A stretch of 61,591 bases of DNA, filler included, from Choristocarpus tenellus KU-1152 (Eukaryota; Protista; Phaeophyceae): assembly GCA_964200185.2 (NCBI GenBank). It is 10 parts of 10 records of this genome, joined end to end, with 100 filler letters (N's around TTAATTAATTAA, not from the genome) between each part and the next. Parts side by side here need not be neighbours in the genome. Positions count along the whole stretch, not along the records: positions 1 to 8,988 come from CAXNAD020004113.1; positions 9,089 to 14,745 come from CAXNAD020010106.1; 8 more parts are not named here. The stretch is one strand, 5' to 3'. The notes under the pieces were generated by a model. It was not told the origin of the DNA. It searched no databases and worked only from the letters and a program-made list of their open reading frames with translations. This document shows positions 1 through 10,802 of this stretch, piece after piece. Made by a program: the position numbers and the translations under genes. Position 1 is the first letter of the stretch; each line of letters opens with the position of its first letter.

Positions 1-231
1 TGTTTTTTCTTTGTCCATTTGTTGTGTCCATTTGTTTCATCCTTCCTAACAGTCAGTGTTGTGAAGATTTTTTTTTTTTTTTATGGATTTTTTTTTTCAT
101 GAGTTGTCTGCCCTCACCCTATTGGACCTGCCACATCTTTCACCACCTCCCAATCCCTGGCCCCAATTATCAATTAATTGGGCATCCGATGTGCTTACAC
201 ACACACACACACACACAAAAAGTCTTTTCAG

Positions 232-2573
232 GGGAAGTACCGGGGCTTGAGACTCCCTAAGAGCCCGCTGGAGTTAGTTCAGGGAGATTTCTGCGACAAT
301 GAGTTGGATATATCAGATGTCGACCTCGTGTTTGCCTACTCCACAAAGTGAGTTGTGTTGTGGAATCAATGTTTTTGTGTGTGTGTCAGGGGGAGGGGGG
401 AGGAGGGAGGAGGGATTGGACACGCGGTGTGTGTGTGTGTGTGCGTTTGTTTATATATACGGGTTTTGATACATATTTTTTTATTTTTTTACAAATAGAA
501 CCGTGCTCTTTCTTGCATCCAATTGAGTAGAAATCCTTTCATACAGAGTATAGATTTTTTTTCTTTCTCTTCTCTTTCCTTTTCTTTCCTTCGTATTACA
601 GTTTGAAAGGCCCCGCATCAATTTTTTTTGTTGTTGTTAGATCGAGAATCATTTTTTATTAATTTGTTTTCTTTTGTTGGCGGTTCATTACAAAACTTGT
701 ACTGTTCATTGTCTTGCGGAAGAGAGCCAATGCACCATCTCCTTTCGTCGTTGCAATTCTTTTATTTTTTAAATGCAATCTATTTCCAACAACAAAGAAT
801 CGTACTTGAATGCACTCTCTATTCTATCGTATTATTACTATTTTTTACGTCGTTTGTATTCTTGAAACAGGTACGCAACGGAAGGGGGCATCTACCTCTC
901 GGAGCTGTCCCGAAAGCTGACTCAGCTTAAGCAGGGGGCAAAAGTGATCACCATTGACAAGCGCCTCCGGGGCCCCTTTTCTCTCATCAGGTGTGTTCAG
1001 GGAGGTATATCCCTATATTTTCCTTGTCTCTCAGTAGCGGCAAAAGGACTGGAAGGAGAGGGGGGGAGGGAGGGAGGGTGGGAACATTTCTTGGGATTTT
1101 TTTTTGTACAAATTGGTCATTTCATGTTGCACGGTACTCCTCCCCTCCCTGGGGGGGGGGGGGTTCTGCTCCTGCATAGTATCAGGGCATACCGTCATGT
1201 CCTTGAGTTTTTACCTTGCTTTCTTTTACAGAATAGGCTTTTGACTCCTCTGCTCTATCACCGCTATTAACTTTATGTGCAGTATGTTTTTGTTTGTTGA
1301 TTAGGGGGTTATTAGGGGCTCAATTTGTGAGAATCTTTAAAAGAGAGAGACAAGCACATGTTAACAACTCTGAATGTGCGTTGACCACACTGCACAGCTT
1401 GCACTATATACCTGATAAGTAATATATATATATATATATACAGCTATGCTCCCTACACCCCCAGCGATTTGAATCTACATTACAAAATGTCTAATCTGCA
1501 GAATAACAAGGGGTTTCCTATTTAAGTTGGCGGCGTGTTGTATTTTTTTTTTAATTCTGGCACCTCTAATTGGTTGACATTTGTCTCCACCTATTGTTTG
1601 AAACATATTCTATTTGTAGCAAGGTGCAACTATCTCATATTCTATCTAGTCGCACGTTTCTGCACACAGTGTAAATGATTCATGCTAGCAGTAGCAGTAG
1701 CAGTAGCAGCATACATGGAAGTTGGGACCCGATGAGCTATGAGTGTCAACAGGTCAGACTGGGGGCCCTCGGCGTAGAGAGGAGAGAGGCGGGGAGAATT
1801 TATCCTTAGTCACAGAACAGGATATCTAAACTCCCAGAAACCCTGTTGTGTGAGGGGGCTGTGTGTACGGAGCAGCATATAATGTTCTTGACTGTGTGAA
1901 CCTGGCTATGCTGTGTAGCTATGAATTGTAGCTGTAGAGTTTTTTCTGGTCACTTTGGTGGTTCATTGGAAAGAAACAAGGCTGATAGTGTTTTTGTGCA
2001 TGCTGGGACAGAGACAATGATAGGGTTTGCACCCACTTGTTCCTAAAATTAACTATAAAAAAGGAAACATAAGCATTTGTGTATGTCTGAGGAGTTGCAA
2101 GTGGGGAAAAAATTATATATGTGTATGAAAAACAGGTATTAAAAAGTGGTAAGGTAAAAGTAAGGTTAAAGAGTCAAGAAAAAAAATGTATAATATTTTC
2201 TGTGCCGGTGGGTGATTTCAAACTGTTGGGAGAGCAACAAAATAACAGGACGAACATGTAATGCGATGATAATGGTAGGACTGATTTGCGGATAACAACT
2301 GTTCACAACTTGCTGGGTTACCAGGATAGTCTTGTGTGGACCGTATTCCAAACATCGCAGGTACCTTGGCAGTGGCTTCCGTGTTTTGCTTGCTCCATTT
2401 TTTCACTTTTCTTGTGCCCCCTTACCAACCTGTGTCCTCTCCCCTTTCACTGCTGTATATACCCTTCGTTGGGGTTGCTTGTTGTGCTTTTTTTTTATTC
2501 TGTCACCAGCACTCTTGAGGACCCCAATGGGGATCTACAGCTCTCCACAGGGTATGTGTGGAAAAGGCAATGA
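232..2573 (+). CDS. Class I SAM-dependent methyltransferase, DOT1-like fold; last three exons (5' part outside window)
   Basis: Phase-compatible AG/GT exons 232-347, 871-990 and 2510-2573 (TGA) give GKYRGLRLPKSPLELVQGDFCDNELDISDVDLVFAYSTKYATEGGIYLSELSRKLTQLKQGAKVITIDKRLRGPFSLISTLEDPNGDLQLSTGYVWKRQ*. The order QGDF / DVDLVFAYST / LKxGAKVIT parallels DOT1-type Rossmann methyltransferases (GDF...VIFVNN...MKEGGRIV). Confidence 0.75.
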
Positions 2574-5500
2574 GGTTTTTAGTAGGTAGGCAGTGTTGCA
2601 CAGTCTCTCCACCCCCCACCCCCCTCCCCCCTTTGCATTAGTATCCATCTCCACCTAGGGGAGGGCAAGGTAAGAGTGTGCTAGAGCTGTGTAGTGGCAC
2701 TAGGAATATACACGTAAGCCAAAGGGAGGGAGGAGGGAGGGAGGAGGGAGGGAGGGGAGGAGCTATCTATAGTGGCACTTCTTTGTTATTCTTCAGCTTT
2801 TCTCGCTGTTGCTCATCCCACCTAACCATCTGCCCCAGTGCTATCCATGGAGGAATGAACTTCTATGTTGCATCTTTACCGCATGCAATGCCCCCCCAGC
2901 AGGGCTTTGGTAGTACTTGGGAGGGATGGATGTAAATGTGGGAGATTTTGGCTCCTACAGAGGGATTTCATACAGCGTGAATATGGCGGGAGGTGTAAGG
3001 GTGTAATAAATGAGGTGTAATGAAGCATACTTAGATGAATTAGGGAGGCATCATGGTTGACAGTAGATGGTGTTAGTGTGGAAGGAATCATTGGGGGTAT
3101 TTTTGACATTTTATAGTGTGTGCACCTCATATCGTCTCTGGTATGTTCACCGTACTGTCTGTGCCACCAACCCTCAACTATGTGTTCGGAGGTCTGTATC
3201 ATCAAATCAGAAATTTACATAATTTGTAGCGACCAGTTGACCAAATCACGGATCATCTTATGTTCGTACCCTGATGCATACTTGGTTGTCATGCGGGTAT
3301 TAGCCAACAGTTACATATATACTCTGTTCAATTAGAGCAGTTTGTTGGGCTGTTTGTGTACCTTACTGGGATGACCCTTCTTGTGGAATGTTAAGGGGCA
3401 GCATGGAACAAGGAAGACTGGTTCGGATTCCACTGAGATTTTAAAAGTAACCTCATAATGGGTTTTTTTCCAAGACCCCCATGAAAATAAACTATAATCC
3501 GATACCAGCTAGTGCATTTATAGCCTGCCCCGCAAACTGTTCAAACTGATGCTGAACAGAAGGGCTAGAAGAGAACATTATTATGAGAGTATATTTTGCT
3601 CCAAGCATCCACCTCATATCCAATTTCATAAGTTGTCTTTTTATCACTATTATTTGTGCATATGATGTGAGTATGTTTTCTCAGCATATGCTTCAATCAT
3701 TCACTGCAGTATTACAAGAGCAAAACAAGTTATCGCATTATTTGGAGTATCATCATCACCCCATGCGTGATATGGTGATGACAGAAATAAAGCTTCACCC
3801 ATATAACTGGTGGAATGTCAAATCACACTCAGCTTGGCACAAGCATTGGCAGCAGTAGAACCACTTCTGCTTTTCTTTGTTTTCTGAGTATGTGCTGCAA
3901 TGCAATCTTTCCGTCCTACCCGCCGCCACATACACTGTCTGGGGAACACTGTGATATTATTTTATATTATAGTAACAACTAAAAAGTGTATTTTTACAAG
4001 TGTCCTGATCAAGAAAATATTGTGGTAACATTGGTATCCAAATTGAAGTGTAGTGCAGCAACTGCTCAGGGAAAACGTTGAAGTGATCGACTAGGCATAC
4101 ATGTCTGTGCATTTTTGACATTTTAAGGTCATTTTCCCGCCACTACTACTCACCCACAATAAACATGGCAGGGGGAGAACGATACCCTGAAAAGCGAAAC
4201 AACAGTCAAACGCCACAGGAACAGTAACATCAAAGAGGAACGTGCGATGATGATGGTTTAGGGAGTGATTGGTGAATGGAAACTCTCCCCTAGATGAATG
4301 TTACGAGTTCGAACCCCATCGCCATCATACTCCTTTTTCGCTTTTTATGCGAAAATTGTTTCGATTATCCCAAGTCCATATGGTCCATATGGTAAGAACT
4401 AGGAAGGGGGGAGCGTAATAAGATGAAATTATAAATGAGCAATTTCACCACTTTCAATAGTCGCCCAAAGAAGCCTATCATATCAAACTCTTAAAAGGTC
4501 AGTCGGATGATACTTCTATATAATGCAATATTAAAACCTTGATCGAAATACCTGTTTGGTGCACCAAACCAGAACTCAAAAAATGGATAAAAAGTTGTAG
4601 ATATTCTTTTTTTTCAAGTTCAACCCAGTTGTGCGCCCCCCCACCTAACCCATCAGCCACTGTACCATGAATTCGTCCGACACTAAACAAGAAGTCAAGG
4701 CTATCATTCCTGAGTGATGCCGAGGCGGGTCCAGGAGGACAAGACTTGAGGGAGGAGCAACAAGTGGTGAGATGACTGCATCCAACCCATAAGAAGCAAG
4801 GCACAGATGGAGGCAGTGGTACAATGAAACGAAGTGGAACAGTTAGTACATTGCCAGTTTGAATGATAGGTACTGCAGTATGTGGTGTGTCTGACCACAG
4901 GTCAGGATCATCCTCAGACAAGATTGAAGAGGACAAGGATGCCTAATGAACTCTTCTGTAAGGTATTTCACTGGCACGATAATATTGGTGGGATTAGCAT
5001 AGTGGGTGAGGTCTTTCCCTTGCTTTCAAACTTCTATCCAGTGTGAAACAGAAGCGTCATCCTAGCCTAGCATAGCTACCTCAGCATGCCTGTTGCTCAC
5101 TACAACACACAACTTCCTCTATGCTATATATGAATCTCCACAGGATTGATGAACTCCTGCTGTTGCACGCTTCAACATGCACACTCCATAACTTGCTAAT
5201 CACAACCCAGAACGCGAAAGAATTACTTGTAATTGGTAAAAACCACCCATTTTATCCTTAGACCCACTAACTGTAGTAGCTGTCCATGCCTACAACTAAG
5301 CCTACCTCGACCACCTGGGACACAGGGGCCAACAGGCAAGGTGTTCAGAACTTGTCTACATATCTCTACCGTGCTAACTCACACCACATCCTGAAAAACC
5401 TCAAATCAAGAGACTAGCCTACCTCAGACAGATCTAAGCTGCTCTCATCGGAAAGTTCAAGGACCGAAGACCCTCAGTGCTCCAGTCTCACCCCACAATC

Positions 5501-6344
5501 CACCAACCCCACTTGTAGACACCACGCCAGTCATAACGCAACTAATGTAGTCAACAACCATAACCCCCACTAGGCCACCTGCAGCTAACTGGCTTCAATG
5601 TGACTCCAACGGGGGCCCTCAACAAATACAATACCGCTACACTGTCCCTGGTGCTGCCACTTCTACTTTCTACCTCAAGTTAATCCCAGCACAAGGACCG
5701 ATGGTTCCTACGAACACTTCTCTTCTGTACATTCATCTGCCCCTGTCCGTCCCCATCTCCAAACCACTTCCTCTCCTCAATGTATGCAGTCACACTCGCC
5801 TGTGGTAGTGTGTCCTACAAACGTAACACCACGCCAGCCAGCGTAACTGTTGCATTGGACCAAACAGGACAATGCTTACCAGCAGCAGAGTCACCCAATG
5901 TGATACCAACACATAAGCAGCACCATGATAGTGCAGGAAAACCAAGCGGACGCTGATTCCTCATTGTTTAGAGTCCTCGATCTGATCAAGAAGAGTCGAT
6001 TGGATGCCTTTCCCACACAGCTCATTACACAACCACCAAAGCTCAGGTGTCCACTTCAAGCATTTCTTACCCTCTCAACTGTGCATTTTTACTACCTCCC
6101 GAGTGTCTCATATATACTCTCCTTGAAACCCCTGCGTGCAGCATAGCGAACCCTCCGCCTACACAGCCCAGTTGAGAACGGGCAAAGAGGAAAAGTTTCT
6201 GTTTCTGACGCTACTACTAAAGATCCTTCCTCCTGCTCGCAACCCCTTGCCCCGCACATCTGACTCTCAAAAAACAACAGTTCCTCCCTTCAGTATGAGT
6301 GTCGCAGAAAGGGACCACAGGATGACAAAAGGATAACGTTCCAC

Positions 6345-8326
6345 CTATATCTTGGGGGATGTACGCGCACGGAGATCTTTCTTGGTGATCTTGATCTCCT
6401 CACCGCAGCCAGTGCACTTGAACTCAGCCTCCGCACTGCACATGCACACATATAGTCACAGGAAAAAAATTGCGGTTACAGAAATTTCTCCATGTCATTT
6501 TGTCAAATGTCACGGGAAAATATTTGGGGTTACAAAAATTTCTCGATGGCATTGTGTAGTAGTGTCATATATTTCAATGTCGTGAAATGAACACCCCTAC
6601 GCCTAAAGCGGGCAGCTGATGAGGTTTGTGAGCTGATCGAAAGGATACAAACCAATGAGAAGAGAGAGTACAGTAGACAATACTTGCCACCAAGAGACCC
6701 GCTGATACCTCCCTGGCCTAAGAAATGCTCTAAGTGAAGGCAAGGGCATCAACTAACCAAACCACATTGCCATAGGTATGAATCAGCATTCAGAAAAAAG
6801 CCATCCAAAAAAAAAATCATGCACCGCCCTCACCCTGGAGCATCCACAAAGCCAAAACCAACTTTACGTGCACCAGCACTGGTCTACACAGCTCTTGGGA
6901 ATCGCTCAGGAGTAGTGCCAGCTTTCAATAAGCAAAAAAATACGCCCCCAAGGTGTATCATTCAATACTAACAGTCAATCACATCATGTACCAAGCACTG
7001 CTGAAGGGATGAGATACGTTTGGAACAAAAAAAATGCTCAGCAGGGGGCTTGAATCGTGCTGTTTCTCAGATTTGTTTTTTTTAAACCTGTGTGCATTGC
7101 GGATAACCCCATCGACAAAATTGCTCAAGCAGCTACAGCAAGCAAGAGGAGAACAGGGCGTGAATACATCCTCAATACCTGCAAAAAACTACTCTTCCAC
7201 ATTACCCAGCGCAGGAGGGTATCAGGGGTCAAATAAATGGAGGCACTCACTTGAATCCTTCCACCCCCAGTATGCCACCGAAGTATACATGGTTGCGCAC
7301 TCCACAGGACGGGCAGGGTCCTGAGGCAATCAAACCGTCGTTCTGTGTATGTCGTGAGGAGATGGGTAAATAATCGGATTCGGAGGGAATAGGCCAGAGA
7401 CAGGAAAGCGTGCCGAGGCAGAGAAAGCAAGGATCAGACAAAGATGAAAATCCAATGCACATGGTGTGTTAGCACTGTGACCCGAGAGAGGTCCTGGGCA
7501 GAGGAGGGGAAGGTGCTCCAGGGGAACACAATTGGTTCGATTTAAAAATCGATATTTTTGGATTCGTGTGGTGGTTCAGGGAAGAAGATTGGGGGGAATT
7601 AATTAGCGCAAACATACGCCTCAGAGGGTGCTTGACAAAGGGGCCCAAAAAAAGAGCAGCATGTTCTGTTCTTCCTCCTCTTGACCAATTGCAATCACAC
7701 AGCAACGTTCACAAGCTTGCGTCAGCTCAGAACCCTAAGAAATGGAAGAGGAAGGTTCCGACGCTCAAATACCCTCTACCAACCTACAAAAGCCAAGTAC
7801 ACAAGTTCCTACTCCTAATTCAAGCAATCATCTCATCAAACAAACACCCAGGTGTACACAGATAAATACTAAAGAGCCCCCCCCTCCCCCCTCACTTGGG
7901 CTCCGTAACACTTGAACCAGAAAAAAAGGACGAAGTCCAAGCAAAATCAAATCCCAGTAGACCTAACCAGACTCTAACCCTGATCCCACTCCACAACTAA
8001 CACTATCCTATCCCAACATTTCCCCCTTAATCCCAACCCTAACCTCCATCAACCAATGCCCAGGCCCCCCCTCTATCCTGCCCTTGGTCTCCCTCCCTTC
8101 ACCTGGTAAAGGACAGCATTCGTGAGCTTGAAGGATGTATATGATGCAGGGAACACAATCAATGCAAGCGTGAAGAGAGGATTGATGTGTCGAAGAGGCT
8201 CCACCACCTCAAAAGAAATACCCAGCATCGCCAGCCCAAGAATGAATGTGGCGGGGAGGTATGTTGTAAACCTTCGGAAGGCGTCCTCCTGCACTCACAA
8301 GACCAAGACCAAGACCGAGACAGAGA

Positions 8327-8364
<38 letters not shown>

Positions 8365-8845
8365 GAGGGGGTGCAAAGAGGAAAGAGCGTGTGTGCTAGG
8401 GCATAGGGGTGGGGTGTGCAAACGAGTGTAAAAAGGGTGAGAGGGACGGAGAGCGAGGGCGTTGACAACAATGCACGATCCATCAACACAATCCCTTCAC
8501 TTGGATAATAGACAACAACGTTTGTCCACTATCAGGGCTATCCAAGGATAGACCAGCTGAGGAGAGCAGGGGGGGGAGGGGGGGGGGGGCAGACTGGGGG
8601 GGAGTCCAAACATACATGCATACACCTAGCATATACTACATGTGTATGTGTGTATTCATTGATATAAAAGACAACAACAAAAAAACACACACACACACAT
8701 GTATGTATATAAAAATACTCCACCTCATACCTGGAAAGTGACGGTACATATGCCCGTGTCTATGTAGCACTTTGGTTCAGTGCTGACAGCCACAGGGCTC
8801 CCCGCCTCCCGCAGCTGAGCCTTGAGCTTATCGAACTCCTCATCC
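6345..8845 (-). CDS. PGRL1: PGR5-like protein 1 (thylakoid cyclic electron flow); last four exons
   Basis: Exons 8731-8845, 8103-8288, 7251-7342 and 6345-6435 (TAG) join in phase: DEEFDKLKAQLREAGSPVAVSTEPKCYIDTGICTVTFQEDAFRRFTTYLPAT-[2 TM]-NDGLIASGPCPSCGVRNHVYFGGILGVEGFNAEAEFKCTGCGEEIKITKKDLRARTSPKI*. Matches the PGRL1 DEExDKLK motif, two TM helices, GPCPxCGxxNxxFFG and the second CxxC. Confidence 0.93.
8295..8365. repeat. (CAAGAC)n/(GGGACA)n microsatellite in a PGRL1 intron, just upstream of an acceptor
   Basis: Hexamer runs visible directly; pyrimidine-rich on the sense (minus) strand. Confidence 0.85.
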
Positions 8846-8988
8846 CTAAGATGTTGCGCCGTGCATTGCATTTGTTCGAATAGCAAGAGGAATGAGAGAG
8901 GGGGGGGGGGGGGGGGGGGGGGAACGCGGGGGGGAAAAAGAATGGAGAGGGGGGGGAAAAAGAAATCGAAAAAAAAAAAAAAGAAAAA

Positions 8989-9088
8989 NNNNNNNNNNNN
9001 NNNNNNNNNNNNNNNNNNNNNNNNNNNNNNNNTTAATTAATTAANNNNNNNNNNNNNNNNNNNNNNNNNNNNNNNNNNNNNNNNNNNN
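8989..9088. other. Artificial contig-joining linker N44-TTAATTAATTAA-N44; identical linkers at 14746-14845, 18095-18194, 23452-23551, 29860-29959, 39631-39730, 44705-44804, 50109-50208, 55793-55892
   Basis: Exactly 100 bp each time, with a 12-mer placing stops in all six frames. Confidence 0.97.
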
Positions 9089-9373
9089 AGGCTTCATGCT
9101 CCTGACATATATAGATACAGAGTTTGAAACCTTTCAGGTAGGCTTCATGCCCTTGACTTATATAGATACAGAGTTTGAAACCTTTCAGGTAGGCTTCATG
9201 CCCTTGACATATATAGATACAGAGTTTGAAACCTTTCAGGTAGGCTTCATGCCCCTGACATATATAGATACAGAGTTTGAAACCTTTCAGGTAGGCTTCA
9301 TGCCCTTGACATATATAGATACAGAGTTTGAAACCTTTCAGGTAGGCTTCATGTCCTTGATATATATAGATAC
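9089..9373 (+). repeat. 51-bp tandem repeat (at least 5.5 units, cut by contig start) containing an exon 3' end plus 5' splice site
   Basis: Unit AGGCTTCATGCCCTTGACATATATAGATACAGAGTTTGAAACCTTTCAGGT; CAG|GTAGGC with GT at 9138, 9189, 9240, 9291 and 9342. Confidence 0.92.
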
Positions 9374-9811
9374 GTCTCTACCAGCATATACACAATATAG
9401 ATAGATACAGATATATAGGTGGAGCTGTCTTCTTCTGGTTATTTTTTGTTGTCTCTGTGGACTTGAATGATGGATCTGCCTTTTGGCACATGAGTCCTAT
9501 CTCTTTTATTTCTTATTTTTCATTGCTTTTCTACCCTTAGGGTTAGGGTTATAGAGTATGTAATGGGCTGCATGTTACTTGTTATATGTATGAGTATTTT
9601 ATGGGCTGTATGTTATTTGCTCTATGTATGAGCATTTTATATTCTGTATGTTGCTTGTTATATAATGAGTATGTTACATGCTGCTTGTTACTTGTTATAT
9701 GTATGAGTATGTTATATGCTGTGTGTTACTTTCTTCTACTACTTAGTAGTACTGCTGAATATTTTTTCTTTTTTGGGCATCACTGCAACACACTTCGAAC
9801 TGACGTGTTAT

Positions 9812-9846
<35 letters not shown>

Positions 9847-10085
9847 GCACACTAGTTCATACAGGGGCATGAGAAGAAACTCAGAAATGAATACCATGTT
9901 AATCATTGTGAATTCATCCACGGGATTGGACAAAAGGGGATTAGGGTTAGGGTTAGGGTTAGGGCTTCAGGTGTACATGATGTGTGCCCTTAGGGTTAGG
10001 GTTAGGTTTAGGGTTGAAACATACATTCAAAACTCTTCCTTTGTATATTCACACCTTCAGCAACATTAGCCTTTTGTAGTAATAC

Positions 10086-10312
10086 TATGTTGACACCTTC
10101 ATGATTGTGTTGTGTATGGTAGTATGTTAGCACCTTCATGATTGTGTTGTGTATGGTAGTATGTTAACACCTTCATGATCGTGTTGTGTATGGTAGTATG
10201 TTAACACCTTCATGATCGTGTTGTGTATGGTAGTATGTTAACACCTTCATGATCGTGTTGTGTATGGTAGTATGTTGACACCTACTTGATTGTGTTGTGT
10301 ATGGTAGCATGT
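10086..10312. repeat. 37-bp intronic minisatellite, about 6 units
   Basis: Unit TATGTTRACACCTTCATGATYGTGTTGTGTATGGTAG, period 37. Confidence 0.9.
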
Positions 10313-10802
10313 TTTGGACTGGAGAGTTGCAGGGAATCCACAGTTTTTTTCCATGTTTTTATGTCCTGTTTTATAGGCATAACATAGTGTTGAGTGTTAT
10401 GTCATTGAGTTTATGATGTCCAAGGTGTGTGTGCTTTTTGCTGTACTCACCACTATTTTTAGCTTGTAGTTTTAGAATGATACTCTTTGGTGTATTTTTT
10501 GCCAACCAATGTCATCACAGCATGTTTGGGTTGGGGTCAGGGTTAGGTTTGGAGTTTTGCCTCTCTGCTCAATTCTCTTTTTAGGGTTAGGGTTAGAGCC
10601 TATTCCTTCAGCTATTTTTCTTTTGTTTTTAACCTTGTCTGCTTCCAAGTGCCTTTTTTACCAGGTCATTCCATTCTAGTACTTTTTGCACATCATTTGT
10701 CATCACGTAGGAGTAGATATTGCTTTTCACTTGTTTTGTAGTCTTCATTAGTATTGATTTATTTATATATTCATTGATTTATCTATCTCCGTGATACTAC
10801 AG

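Noticed and set aside
4245-4330. tRNA-like or SINE-like segment with a GTTCGAACC B-box
   Set aside because: No convincing cloverleaf, A-box or second copy in the window.
9033-9044. Recurrent TTAATTAATTAA palindrome as a biological site
   Set aside because: Always centred in an exact 100-bp N linker; it is a concatenation artefact.
9089-10312. Tandem arrays (51 bp, 37 bp; also 87 bp at 40398-40734) as CRISPR arrays
   Set aside because: Units are contiguous with no unique spacers, there are no cas genes, and the context is eukaryotic intron.
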